From the NCBI GenBank assembly GCA_963786935.1, contig CAWBAN010000005.1, positions 1 to 64,000 on the forward strand: a DNA stretch of 64,000 nt. The letters run 5' to 3'. The stretch comes from an uncultured bacterium (GTDB lineage Bacteria > Krumholzibacteriota > Krumholzibacteriia > Krumholzibacteriales > Krumholzibacteriaceae). The notes below the pieces were generated by a model, which was not told the DNA's origin, searched no databases, and saw only the letters and a program-made list of their open reading frames with translations. Below are positions 37,778-49,126 of the stretch, one piece after another; positions within the stretch are counted from its first letter, which is position 1, and every line of letters starts with the position of its first letter. The translations under genes and the position numbers were made by a program.

Positions 37778-40126
37778 TCACGGTTCGAGATTCATTTTCC
37801 GCAGCAGGGCCCGGTAACGCGGATTGTCCCGGACGGGGGCCAGCAACGGACCTTCGGGTTTCATATTGCTGATCACGGCCGCGTCCCGCTCTTCGACGCC
37901 CCTCTCCAGCCATTCCATGACGCGATCCCATTCCCCCAGGCCCGAGTAAGCCACCGTCATGGCGAAGGGCGATACGTACTCCGTTCGGTTTCGCGCCATC
38001 AACTGCTCCAGTATCGCCTCCGCATCGGCGCGCCGGCCCGCGAGCCCATAGGCCATCGCGAGTGTTCCGAGCGCTATCGCGTTGCGGTCGGATAGCTCGC
38101 ATGCCTTCCGTGCCTCGGCAATCGCGTCCTCGGACTTTTTCACTTGCCCGTATTCCAGGGCGAGCGCCCAATGAGGCCGCCAAAGACTCGGATCCAGTTC
38201 GATCGCACGCCGGTACTGCGCGATTGCCGTATCGTGCCGTCCCATGGAATAATGCATGATGCCCAGCCAGGTGTTGTAGTTCGCCGAGAGCGGGTCCAGT
38301 TCCACCGCCTCCCGGATTTGCTGCAATGCTTCGCTCGATCGCCCCATCGGCCGAAGGAGCCAGAATCCATAGCTGTAGCGGACGATCGGGGACGCCGGGT
38401 TGAGCTCCAGGGCGCGGCGAAATTCCCTCTCGGCGCCCGTCCAATCGAAGTCGTAGATTCCGAGAACTATCCCTAACATGGCGTGCGCTTCGGCCAGCGT
38501 GTCATCCCGCTTGAGGGCCTCCATGGCCGCCGATTTGGCCTTGAGAAGATCCTCTTTCGGGTGTTTGAAGCTCCAGAGGGAGCTGTAGAAGTGGAACTCC
38601 GCTAAACCTGCGTAGGCCAGCGCGTAGTCCGGATCGATCGCGATGGCCTGCTCCAGATACTCCCTGCCTTTCGTGAGCGACTCCGGGGTCATCCTGAGCA
38701 CGCTATGACGTCCCCTCAGAAACAGGTGGTACGCCTCAATGCTTTCCGTGTGCCGTCTCACCAACGGTCCCTCCCCCGCAAGACGCACACGCAGCTTCTC
38801 TACGATGGCCTGCGATATCTCGTCCTGGATGGCGAAAACGTCCGTCATTTCCCGATCGAAACGCTGGCTCCACAGGTGATACCCGTCGCTCGTCTTGACG
38901 AGCTGCGCCGTCACCCGGAGGCGATTGCCCGACCGGCGCACGCTTCCTTCCAGAATATGCTCCACGCCGAGCTGCGCCCCGATCTCGCGGACGTCCAGCT
39001 CTTTATCGCGGAAGGAGAAGGCGGAGGTCCGCGCCGTCACGCGCAGCCCCGGCACTCGCGTCAGGGCGTCGATGATGTCCTCGGCCAGCCCGTCGCTGAA
39101 ATAATCGTCGTCCTTGCTGTCGCTCATGTTCTCGAAGGGAAGCACGGCGATGGATTGCTGCCCCTGAGCCGTCTCGTGCCGCGATTTCCCGATGAGAAGA
39201 AGAGCGACGGTCGCGGCGGCGACGATCGCGAGGGCCGCCGGCAGCCACATCCTGAGGGCGAGCCGCCGCGGGCGGGCCGGAGGCCGCGCTGTGCCCCGCG
39301 CCGCGGTGGACGCCGAGTCTCGCGCGGCGCCCTTCAGATCGACAATGATATCGTCCGCATGCTGATATCGCTCCGAGGGCTTCTTGGCGAGCGCCTTCTT
39401 CACGATCCGTTCGAGCTCCATCGGGATGCCCGAACGGAGCGATGTGACAGGCGGCGGTTCCTCGTTCATGATCGCATAGAGCGTCGACTGCTCGTATTCC
39501 CCGGGGAAAGCATGCTTTCCCGTCAGCATCTCGTAGAGCACCGCGCCGAGCGAGAAGATGTCGCTTCGCGCATCCACCTCTTCGCCGCGGGTCTGCTCGG
39601 GAGACATATACTGCGCGGTCCCGAGCGTCGAGCCCGTCTTGGTGAGCTTTGCCCCGCCGAGCTTCGCGAGGCCGAAGTCCACGATCTTCACGAGACAGTC
39701 CTTCGTGACGACAATATTCGCCGGCTTGATGTCGCGGTGAATGATCTTCCGCTCGTGCGCCTTGGAGAGGCCCTGGGCAATCTGGGCGGCGACGTCGAGC
39801 GCCTCGTCGAGCGCGAGCGGCCCGCGCTCGATCTTCGCCTTGAGCGATTCGCCTTCGTAGCAGGCCATCGCGATGAAGAGCTGCCCCTCGGCGGTCTCGT
39901 CTATTTCATGGATATTGCAGATGTTCGGGTGATCGAGGGCGGAGGCGGACCGGGCCTCCTGAACAAAACGCTTCTTGGCTTCGCCGTCGCGGGTCAGCTC
40001 GGGGGGGAGGAACTTGAGCGCCACCATGCGGCCGAGCTTGGTGTCCTCGGCCTTGTACACAACGCCCATCCCGCCCTCGCCGAGCTTCGAGAGGATCTTG
40101 TAGTGAGATATCGTTTTGCCGAGCAT
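37778..40126 (-). CDS. Hanks-type Ser/Thr kinase - TM - TolB-like (SIAVLPF) domain - TPR repeats
   Basis: [37 protein letters not shown]; multiple TPRs. Confidence 0.93.
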   Translation of the reverse strand: MLGKTISHYKILSKLGEGGMGVVYKAEDTKLGRMVALKFLPPELTRDGEAKKRFVQEARSASALDHPNICNIHEIDETAEGQLFIAMACYEGESLKAKIERGPLALDEALDVAAQIAQGLSKAHERKIIHRDIKPANIVVTKDCLVKIVDFGLAKLGGAKLTKTGSTLGTAQYMSPEQTRGEEVDARSDIFSLGAVLYEMLTGKHAFPGEYEQSTLYAIMNEEPPPVTSLRSGIPMELERIVKKALAKKPSERYQHADDIIVDLKGAARDSASTAARGTARPPARPRRLALRMWLPAALAIVAAATVALLLIGKSRHETAQGQQSIAVLPFENMSDSKDDDYFSDGLAEDIIDALTRVPGLRVTARTSAFSFRDKELDVREIGAQLGVEHILEGSVRRSGNRLRVTAQLVKTSDGYHLWSQRFDREMTDVFAIQDEISQAIVEKLRVRLAGEGPLVRRHTESIEAYHLFLRGRHSVLRMTPESLTKGREYLEQAIAIDPDYALAYAGLAEFHFYSSLWSFKHPKEDLLKAKSAAMEALKRDDTLAEAHAMLGIVLGIYDFDWTGAEREFRRALELNPASPIVRYSYGFWLLRPMGRSSEALQQIREAVELDPLSANYNTWLGIMHYSMGRHDTAIAQYRRAIELDPSLWRPHWALALEYGQVKKSEDAIAEARKACELSDRNAIALGTLAMAYGLAGRRADAEAILEQLMARNRTEYVSPFAMTVAYSGLGEWDRVMEWLERGVEERDAAVISNMKPEGPLLAPVRDNPRYRALLRKMNLEP

Positions 40127-40167
40127 GGGACCGTTGTCCTCCAGCCCCTCATCAACGAGACGCCCGT

Positions 40168-42467
40168 TCAGGGCTCCAGGTTCATCTTCCGCAGCAGCGC
40201 CTGATAGGCAGGAAAAGAACGCACGCGATCATAGGTCGGCCCGCCCCTCAGTCCGGTCACAAGGAGCGGATCGCGCTCTTCGACACCCCTTGCCATCCAC
40301 TCGAGGCCCCCGTCCAGTGCTCCGACGCCGAAATGGGCCCATGCAAGAGCACGACGAGGGGACATAGACCGACCGCCGCCGTGCCATCAATTCCTCCAGA
40401 ACCCGCTGCGCTTCGGCGTGCCGTCCGGCGCGGCCGTAGATGCTGCCCAGGGCTCCCAGAGTCAGCGCATTCCCCCCAGAGAGCTCGTTCGCCCTTTCTG
40501 CAGCAGCAATAGCCTCGTCGAACCAACCACCGTGCACATAGGTCACCGCCAGCAGCCAATGGGAGAAGAAGAAGGTCGGAGAAAGGTCGATGGCATGCAG
40601 CTGTTGTTTGACCGCAGGCTCGAATTGCCGCATGCAGTGAAGCAGATACCCCACGAGAGTGTTGTAGAACGGATCGAGCGGGTCCATCTCCAACGCACGC
40701 CGCATCTCTGCAAGGGCCTCTTGGGTTCGTCCCTGCGGAAACAAGTACCAAAGGGCGTAGCACCACGCGTAGTCGTATCGGACAGACCCGGAAGATGGAT
40801 GCAGCTCCAGGGCACGGCCGAACTCGCGCTCGGCTCCGGCCCAATCGAATTCACCGCAGCCGAGGACAGTCCCGAGCGCGCTGTGTGCGTCGGCGATGGT
40901 GTCGTCGAGTCCAAGGGCCTTGAGCGCCGCCGACTTGGCCCCGGGGAAGGAGTCCAGTGGATTCGTGGCTCCCCAGATAGGCACTCCACACGTGGGCTTC
41001 TGCCAGTACGACATACGCCAGGGCGTAGTTCGGGTCGAGCGCGATGGCCTGCTCACAGTACCGGCGGCCCGCCTCGCGCCCTTCCTGCGTCATCTTCAGA
41101 AGGTGATACCGGGCTTTCAGACAGAGGTCGTAGGCAGCGAGATTCTCCGTGTACCGCTTGACGAGCGGACGATCACCCGCCAGCCGCACCCGCAGCTTCT
41201 CCACGATGGCCTGCGAGATCTCGTCCTGAATGGCGAACACGTCGGTCATCTCCCGGTCGAAGCGCTGGCTCCACAGGTGGTACCCGTCGCTCGCTTTGAC
41301 GAGCTGTGCCGTCACGCGGATGCGGCTGCCCGCCCGGCGCACGCTTCCTTCCAGGATGTGCTCCACGTTGAGCCGCGCGCCGATCTCGCGGACGTCTGCT
41401 TCCTTGCCGCGGAAGGAGAAGGCCGAGGTCCGCGCCATCACCCGCAGCCCCGGCACTTGCGCCAGGGCGTCGATGATGTCCTCGGCCAGTCCGTCGCTGA
41501 AGTACTCGTTCTCCTTATCCGCGCTCAGATTCGCAAACGGCAGCACGGCGATCGAGGGGACCGCTCTGCCGCATCTCGCGACGCCGGTGTCCACGGGTTC
41601 GGATTCGAATCGTCTCTTCAGACGATTGAGTGAAGGGCCGAGCAGATCAGTTGTCTTCTGGTACCGACTCGCGCCGAGCTCTTGAGATCGAGCATGCTTC
41701 GTCGCAGATGAGGTCGTTCACAGATTTCTTGACGAGCGTCTTTTCGAGGCGTTCAGAGTTCAACGGGACGCCCGAGGCGCGAGTGATTGGCTACGACGCC
41801 TCGTTCACAATCGAATAGCTCACCGCCTGCTCGTACTCGCCTTTGAACGGCAGTTTCTCCCGTTGTCATCTCGTACAAACAACGCGCCGAGAGCCCAGAT
41901 ATCGGAGCGGTGATCGACGTCGCCGCCTCTCAGCTGCTCGGGAGACAAAGCTCGCCGTCCCGGGAGTCGCTCCGGTTCTCGTCAACTTTGTTCGCCCGGC
42001 GAGCTTCGCGAGTCCGAAGTCGACGATCTTCACGAGCCCGTCATTCGTGATGAGAATGTTCGCAGGCTTGATGTCCCGGTGAACGATCTTCCGCTCATGC
42101 GCCTTGGCGAGGCCCTGCGCAATCTGAACAGCGATATCGAGCGCCTCGTCGACCGCGAGCGGCCCGCGCTCGATCTTCGCCTTGAGCGATTCGCCTTCGT
42201 AGCAGGCCATGGCGATGAAGAGCTGCCCCTCGGCGGTCTCGTCGATTTCATGGACAGTGCAGATGTTCGGGTGATCGAGGGCCGAGGCGGCCCGGGCTTC
42301 CTGGACAAAACGCTTCTTGGCTTCGCTTTCTCGCGTGAGCTCGGGGGGAGGAACTTGAGCGCCACGGTGCGGCCGAGCTTCGTATCCTCGGCGCGATAGA
42401 CCACACCCATCCCGCCCTCGCCGAGCTTCTCGAGGATTCTGTAGTGAGATATCGTTTTTCCGAGCAT
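40168..42467 (-). pseudogene. Second Ser/Thr kinase-TolB-like-TPR paralog, multiply frameshifted (pseudogene or sequencing errors)
   Basis: Fragments MLGKTISHY.. (42467), [11 protein letters not shown] (ORF 41866..42498), SIAVLPFANLS (40851..41594), TPRs (40229..41056), LLRKMNLEP end (40168); kinase C-lobe at 41600-41960 is degraded. Confidence 0.75.
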
Positions 42468-42622
42468 TGCGCTCCCGGAGAACGGAAACGGCATCCACCC
42501 GTGTGGGTGCCCCGGCCGATTTCCATTAACCCGGAGCGATTCTAGCAGAATCGCCCGCGGCGGTCAAAGAGAAGCCGAGTGACCTTCCGGTACCTACTTC
42601 ATTGTGCTCGAGTCGGGAGAGC

Positions 42623-44018
42623 TCAGTCCGACTTGGTCTTGAAGTCCTTGCCGAGCCAGTTGCGGGCGAGGATGAGCATCACCGTGGAGCGAGACCGCGA
42701 TGAAGCCGTAGATCAGCCACATGCGCTCGGTGTTCTGCGGCCCGGTCGGCGGGCAGTAGCGCAACAGGAACCAGCCGGAGTAGAGGCTGGTGATCATCTT
42801 GGTGAGGAACCACGGGAACTGGGCGACGCCCATGTACGCGCCGGTGCGTCCCTCGGGGGCGATCTCCGCGGCGTACTGGAGGAATCGCGGCTGCCACATC
42901 GCCTCGCCGACCGTCATGAGGATGAGGTAACCGAAGAGCGTCCAGGTGCTGGGCCCGATCGCGAGGAGGAACGTGGGCGCGGCCATCACCGCCGTGCCCA
43001 GGATCATCATGTTGTAGACCTTCGCCTTCTGGGTCAGCGCGGCGACGATCGGCACGAGGATGAAGATCAGGAGCGGGTTGAAGTTGACCGCGACCTCGAA
43101 GTGGTTGCCGGTCCACGTCCCCCGATAGGCGCGCTCGACGTACATCGGAAGGGTCAGCCAGTTGTGCGCGAACAGCGTCTGCACGGGGATCAGGCAGAAG
43201 ATGAAGAACGAGAACTTCGGGTCGGCCATCGGGTGGTTCTTGAGCCACCGCATCACCGAGAACGGCTCCTTCGGCGGCCGCTTCCTTCGGCTTCTCGGGC
43301 TCGGTCTTGCCCGAGGCCGCCCGCGCGCTCGCGATGGCCCGGTCCACGGTGCGCTTCGAGAGGATCACGAACGTCAGGACGAGCCCCAGCACCGTGAAGC
43401 CGGCGTAGACCCAGATCGCTCCCGAGATCCCGACGGCCCTCCGGATCGGCGCGAAGAACGACGGGAGCCAGCCCCCGAGGTTCATCAGGGCGTACAGCAT
43501 CGCGTAGCCCATCCCCGCGGTCGCCGGCGTCGTGAACTGCCGGACCGCGGCGTAGGCCGCCGGCTGGTACATCCCGTAACCCGAGAGACGAAACGAGCCG
43601 AGGAGCGAAAGCGGACCCAGTGCGCCGGGGAGAACATCCCGGCGGGAGCCAGTCCCATCGTCGGGCCGCCCGCGAGGAAGACGCGCCCGACGAGCATCAG
43701 CGCGAGCGCCGAGACGAGCGCGATCGCGCACCCCCCACTTGTCGGCGAGGCCGCCGAACATGAACATCGCCAGCGTGATGCCCCACGTGAGCGCGCCGGT
43801 CATCCGCCCCGCCCAGACGTCGTCGAAGCCCGACGTACTGGTTGAAGTACATGGCCAGGTAGCCGACGACGCCGAAGTAGACGAACCCCTCGAGGAGGTA
43901 CGAGACGTTCACGCCCCCAGAGCGCGCGCGGCGCGCGCACCACGTCGATGAAGGGTTGGACGATCTCGCGCAGCGGAGATTTCGGCTTCTCGGCGGATTT
44001 TTCGGTTTGTTCGCTCAT
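42623..44018 (-). CDS. MFS transporter (POT/peptide-transporter-like), frameshifted
   Basis: MSEQ.. start; YLLEGFVYFG, GGLADKWG, YA..NLGG, NPLLIFIL.P, MTVGEAMWQPR, APEGRTGAYMG spread over three frames; ends ..WLGKDFKTKSD*. Confidence 0.75.
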
Positions 44019-44082
44019 GTTCCTGCCTCCGTTTCGTTGATTCGCCGCTATGCTATGCGTTTTGGGGGGATGCATCAATAGA

Positions 44083-44097
44083 AAATGGACCGCCGGG
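44083..44097. repeat. 15-bp direct repeat of the tRNA-Lys 3' end (att-like site)
   Basis: AAATGGACCGCCGGG, identical to 45775-45789. Confidence 0.7.
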
Positions 44098-44133
44098 AAG
44101 TCGCCTTTCCAATCTGCAAGTCGAGAGGGATGC

Positions 44134-45694
44134 TCAGGGCCGACTCCCTTGTATGTCGCGCACCCTTGGATTAATGATGATCTCGCTGGCGAGGATGGTT
44201 GCCGTATCGGGGGGGCTGACGCCGTTCGGAATGCGGAGTCCCTGTGATGTGATGCGCACATAACGCGCCCTTGTATCGATGCGGGCGCAGCGACGATTCT
44301 CGATGCGTATCAAGGCTGTCGAGACGCCAGGGGAATGGCTCAACGGCAGCGATAGATATATACTCCGCCCCATCGGCGGAAACCGAGAAGTTCACCTGCT
44401 CTGGGAGGAATATCGAGTTCTTGCCATCGGCAAGTAGATGAATTCCGATGTAGTTAAGGCTCTTGGGCCTGCCCAAATCGACAGTGATGTCCATAATACC
44501 GTGTATGAACTTCACCCATCCTTTGGTCCGGGTATACAGGGAAGCGGTTCCGCCGTCGGTCAGCTGGAATCCGTTATCCGTTGATTCCGCATTGGAACTC
44601 AGAATGACCTTCGCGCCGATGGCGGCGTGCCAAACGTTCCCCGTAATCGCATCCTCCAGGACGAGCATCTCCGGCTCCCGCTCGAGAAATCGCTTGTATT
44701 GCCGATACTGTTCCACGGCACTCGGATGGCCGGTCGGAGCCGGGCTAGCCGGCTTATCCGCCATGCCAAGCATTGTGAACGCGATGGTTCTATCGACGTA
44801 TGGCGACACGGTCGCCATCTGTTCGAGAACGCGCGAAAAAGGAGCTGGAACGAGAGCCGATTCCCGCGAGTTCGGAGCACCTTCCCAAGCAAACGTTTCG
44901 ACGGTCGCCCAGAGCTCGATGCGCGGAATCCTGCTGTGCCAGGCCCGCGCCGCGGCGAATTGTGTCCGGCTTAATTCAAGGGGATTGGAGGATTGAGCGC
45001 AGGCCACCTTGTCCTGGTACGCGACGATATCGATATCCATGGACTCGAGTATTCGCAGATAGTCTTCGCTCCACTGGATGCGCTCCAATCCTCTGGGCGC
45101 GATGAGGATCCGCGCCCCGGGAGTGAGCGTGCGGGCCTCGGCCGCCAGCATGTTGACGTAGACGGCATACTGCCGATCCAGGCGGGCCGCGTTGCCCTCG
45201 AGCGAGAAATACCAGCCGCAAAACGCCGGGCTCGCGCCGTAGCGCGCGGCGACGTCGCGCATGATGGCCCTCCTGCCCTCCATGACGGGCGGGAGGTACA
45301 TATGATCATCCTCGTCGTTTACGAATTCGCAGCTCAAAAAGACTTTTACGCCGCACTTTTCGGCCGCCTGCAGAATGGTCCTTACGGGATCGTCGCAGGC
45401 GAGACCGGCGCTCGGCATGAACGCCGACGTATAGAACGCCTTGCCCCGCTGCGCCACGCTCTGCAAGATGATGTACTCGATGCCGATTTCGCCCATCTCG
45501 GAGACCTTGAGCGCCCAGTCGTCACACGTGTAAGCGGCCTGGCGCTCGTTCATGTACGTATACCTCGCATCCGGCCATTGAATGTTGATCAACGTGCCCG
45601 TAATGGGCTTGATGCGGTTGGTGGTATCCGTGGGACCACAGGCTGCGGCACCCAGAAGCAGCGCGATGGCGGCGATGAAAGCGGTGCGCGGCAT
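44134..45694 (-). CDS. DUF4434 glycoside-hydrolase-like lipoprotein with C-terminal discoidin/F5-8-like domain (frameshift near 44290)
   Basis: Lipobox AAAC; ITGTLI, W....EM..IGIEYIILQ, GWYFSLE, YQD; DLG...ARYVRI..EII domain completed in ORF 44134..44373. Confidence 0.7.
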
Positions 45695-45777
45695 GAAAAC
45701 ATCGTACAAGAGTTTTCTGCCTCGAACAAGCGGCATTCCGGAGCGATGCGGGGGATTGCGCAATTGAAATAGAGAAA

Positions 45778-45850
45778 TGGACCGCCGGGGAATCGAACCC
45801 CAAACCTACTGATTAAGAGTCAGTTGCTCTACCAGTTGAGCTAGCGGTCC
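45778..45850 (-). tRNA. tRNA-Lys (CTT), CCA not encoded
   Basis: GGACCGC/GCGGTCC acceptor stem, CTGACT-CTT-AATCAG anticodon arm, GGTTCGATTCC T arm. Confidence 0.95.
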
Positions 45851-45937
45851 ATAACGGGTTTGGTTTTCGGGACGCCCGAATATAGAACGCCGCCGCTGAT
45901 AATTCAAGGAAAATCAATGCCGCCGCCGGCCCCCCCC

Positions 45938-48460
45938 TCAGCGAATTATGACGAACTTCCCGATCACCCGCTGAAAGCGCCGGTCGCCCGGTTCGACGCT
46001 GTACAGGTAGATGCCGCTCGTGACGCTCTGGCCGTTCCGCGAGATGAGATTCCAGGGAAGCGTTCCGTTGCCGCTCGTCCCGTCGTGGCTCAGCGTTTGA
46101 ACGAGATCCCCCGAAACGGTGTAGATGCGGATGGTGCTCAGGCAGCGGGGCAGATTACGGAACTCGAGCTTTTCGCCGCTCGGGTCGGCGTTCGTCGGGC
46201 CGAGGGCCCATGGCGCCATCGTCTCCGTGGTGACCGGATTCGGCACGACGTATATCTCGCGCTCCTGGAACGTCTCCGCTTCCTGCGCCGACGAGCTCGG
46301 CTCGATATACCTGAAGTTCGAGTACGGGGTGTCGTATTCCCCGGTTTTGTACGGGCGTCCCTTCGCGTCGTAGGTGTGGTCGTACGCGACGACGGAGTAG
46401 AAATAGGGCATCCCGTTCTCGACTTCCCGGTCGACATACTGGTAATACTGGCGCCCGCCTTCGTATCCGATGTTCCACCGCGCGAGCGCTTCCACCGTGT
46501 CGCATTCCTCATCCGTGAGGCCGGGCGGGCACGGAATGGTGCCGAGGGGATCGTACGCGATGATCTGTTCGAACGACCGTATGAGCGCGTCCCGGCCATC
46601 GATACGCGCGAGCGGCTCGTACGCGAAGCCGCCGTATTTGGGCGGATCCCTGAAGTCCTGATCGGGAGACACCCCGTTCACGAGGTCGCCCGACGCGAGC
46701 ATGCTCCACAGGTCGCCGCTCGGACCGCCTGATACGCTCGTGCCGATGGGGCGGTGCCAGTCGTCCGCGCGCCAGACCTGATATCCTTCGAAATCGTACT
46801 TGAGGGTCAGGGGATCGGGGATGAGCTCGCTCCGATTGTCCCAATGAACGATCACCTTTTCATCCGTCGCGACGACGCGCATGTTCGGAGGAACGGAGGA
46901 GCTGCTCGTCACGAACCTGACGTGCGTTTCCTTGCCGTCGATCCCCGTTTTATAATTGTTCGGATTGGCGCTGGTCATACGGCACCGGTCCCGGTTGTCG
47001 AACATCCAACTTTCTTCGAAACAGTCGGCGTTCGCCCAGATCGAGTCGCCCCTCAGCACCTGCGCGTACGTTTTGCCGTCCCACGCGCACAGATCGGGCA
47101 CGAACTGCTTCAGCGGCCCGTAGAGCATCGTTTCCAGTCCCGATACGCCCGTCGTGACGTTCTTGTCGGCATCGAACCAGATGCCTCGGTACAGGAGCGC
47201 GGCGGCGGTGGCGTTATCGAGCATGTCTTCGAGGCCGTCGCCGGCGACATAGGCGACATCGAGGGTGATCGTGCCGCCCGGCGCCAGGACGTCGAACGGC
47301 CCGATGCTCATGAGCACCCTATAGTCGTTCATGTTGATCGGCTCCGCGTCCCAGCCGCTCTCCGCGAGGGACGCGTAGCGTTCGAGATCGTCCGTCGGCT
47401 CGCCGCCGTGAATGAAGGGAAGCAGGCCCGCGAATATCCGAATCCCGTGAACCGCCGGCTGCGACGTCGTCGCGAAATTGAATTTCTGCCCTTCCGCGGT
47501 TGCTCCCTGCACGACGTAGATTTCCGTCGAATGGCCGAGCAGCATGACGCCGAAGTACCCCGGCGTCTGTCCGCCGTCTCCGTCGTTGTCGTAGACGTAG
47601 GCGATGGTGAATTCCATGGGCCACTCGATATCCCCGATCGCCGCGCACCGGACGCCGCTCCACATGCCGATGAGATCGTCCCGGTGATAGGCGCCGCGGC
47701 TTCGCGGGCCGGCGTCGAGATCGGCGTAGATGGCGGGATACACCTCCGTCAGGAAACGATTCCCCAGGTTCGTGATTTCGTAATGAACGACGACGCAGTC
47801 CTTGTACGATTCGTCCCCCCACTGGTAGGTCTCCTGGCGCACGCCGAGATGGAGGGGCGTGTGCTCCGGCCATACCGTCTGGGCCGTCGGCTCGTCGTCC
47901 CGGAACCAGCATGAGTACATCAGCTTTCCGAAAGCCGCGAAATCCTCGTCGATCCGGCCGTCGCCGTCGTCGTCGCGGCCGTCGAGCCAATCCTCGTCGA
48001 CGCGTCCGTCGCCGTCGTCGTCGGCCCGGCCGGGGTAGTGCGTCCCGCCGGGGATGGTTTCGTATGCCCGGTAGATCCGGTCGACCGCGCCGTCGCCGGG
48101 GTAGAACTCCATCTGGGGGAATCCCGTCGAGACGCTCTCCACGCCGTCGACGCGCGCCCCCACCCAGAGCCCGCCCGCGTAGAGGTACTCCACGCCGCTG
48201 CCCGCGGGCCACTGGGCGGACGGGTAATCGGACATCGGATATTGGCTGCTGGGCATCGAGCCGAGGAAACCGAAGTTCGTGACGTTCATCTGGAGGTTGC
48301 CGGCCGAAAGGAGGGCGCTTCCGTCGAGAACGATGGTTCTCAGCGCGGCGCCGTCTTTGCCGTCGGGGAGGGACGGGGCGTCCCGGCCCTGCGCCGAAAG
48401 GGGCGCCGGCGCGGCGGCGGATAGCGCGGCCGCGCAAAATGCCACGCGTACGATTTGCAT
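45938..48460 (-). CDS. Large secreted protein with DxDxDG Ca-binding repeats and FlgD-Ig/T9SS-like C-terminal domain
   Basis: Signal peptide (APLSA-Q); DDDGDGRVDED..DDDGDGRIDED; IYVVPNP...IRIYTVSGDLV...WNL.SRNGQSVTSGIYLY. Confidence 0.75.
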   Translation of the reverse strand: MQIVRVAFCAAALSAAAPAPLSAQGRDAPSLPDGKDGAALRTIVLDGSALLSAGNLQMNVTNFGFLGSMPSSQYPMSDYPSAQWPAGSGVEYLYAGGLWVGARVDGVESVSTGFPQMEFYPGDGAVDRIYRAYETIPGGTHYPGRADDDGDGRVDEDWLDGRDDDGDGRIDEDFAAFGKLMYSCWFRDDEPTAQTVWPEHTPLHLGVRQETYQWGDESYKDCVVVHYEITNLGNRFLTEVYPAIYADLDAGPRSRGAYHRDDLIGMWSGVRCAAIGDIEWPMEFTIAYVYDNDGDGGQTPGYFGVMLLGHSTEIYVVQGATAEGQKFNFATTSQPAVHGIRIFAGLLPFIHGGEPTDDLERYASLAESGWDAEPINMNDYRVLMSIGPFDVLAPGGTITLDVAYVAGDGLEDMLDNATAAALLYRGIWFDADKNVTTGVSGLETMLYGPLKQFVPDLCAWDGKTYAQVLRGDSIWANADCFEESWMFDNRDRCRMTSANPNNYKTGIDGKETHVRFVTSSSSVPPNMRVVATDEKVIVHWDNRSELIPDPLTLKYDFEGYQVWRADDWHRPIGTSVSGGPSGDLWSMLASGDLVNGVSPDQDFRDPPKYGGFAYEPLARIDGRDALIRSFEQIIAYDPLGTIPCPPGLTDEECDTVEALARWNIGYEGGRQYYQYVDREVENGMPYFYSVVAYDHTYDAKGRPYKTGEYDTPYSNFRYIEPSSSAQEAETFQEREIYVVPNPVTTETMAPWALGPTNADPSGEKLEFRNLPRCLSTIRIYTVSGDLVQTLSHDGTSGNGTLPWNLISRNGQSVTSGIYLYSVEPGDRRFQRVIGKFVIIR

Positions 48461-48551
48461 CCTACAGGATGACATACGGCATCGAACCGGGCTCTCGTTG
48501 TGGGGAAAATGGCAGACGTAAGATAACACCGGCCGGGCAGCCGCTGCAATG

Positions 48552-48587
48552 AAAAACGGGCCGCTCGCGCGTGGCGAGCGACCCGTT
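48552..48587 (-). terminator. Probable intrinsic terminator downstream of ssb
   Basis: AACGGG-C-CGCTCGC/GCGAGCG-A-CCCGTT hairpin followed by a T run on the minus strand. Confidence 0.55.
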
Positions 48588-48679
48588 GAACCTGATCGCG
48601 GGACGGGGGCCGTCGAGCCCCTTCGGCGATCCGCGGCCGTCTCCGGCCGGCGGATCACCATTTCATTAATGTCGGTCTC

Positions 48680-49126
48680 TCAGAACGGCAGATCGCTGTC
48701 CTCGTCGGCGGCGTTGGCCGGCGCGGGAGCGTCGGCCGTGTCGGCGGGAGCCTCGGGCTGGGCCTCTTCGGCCGCGTAGCCGCCGCCACCCTCGCCGCGC
48801 CCGCCGAGCATCGTCATGTTCGTGGCGACGATCTCCGTCGTGTAGCGCTTGTCGCCGTTCTTATCTTCCCATTCGCGCGTCTGCAGACGCCCCTCGATGT
48901 AGACCTGGCGGCCCTTCTTGAGATACTGGTTGCAGATTTCGGCGAGCCGCCCGAAGGCGACCACGCGGTGCCACTCCGTGCGCTTGTTCTTCTCCCCTTC
49001 GCGGGTGGAAAAGACCTCCGTCGTCGCGAGCCGCAGATTCGACACCGCGGTCCCGCTCGGCGTGTGGCGAAGATCGGGATCGGCGCCCAGATTGCCTATG
49101 AGAATGACCTTGTTGACACCACTCAT
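48680..49126 (-). CDS. ssb: Single-stranded DNA-binding protein
   Basis: [33 protein letters not shown], acidic DLPF tail. Confidence 0.97.
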   Translation of the reverse strand: MSGVNKVILIGNLGADPDLRHTPSGTAVSNLRLATTEVFSTREGEKNKRTEWHRVVAFGRLAEICNQYLKKGRQVYIEGRLQTREWEDKNGDKRYTTEIVATNMTMLGGRGEGGGGYAAEEAQPEAPADTADAPAPANAADEDSDLPF

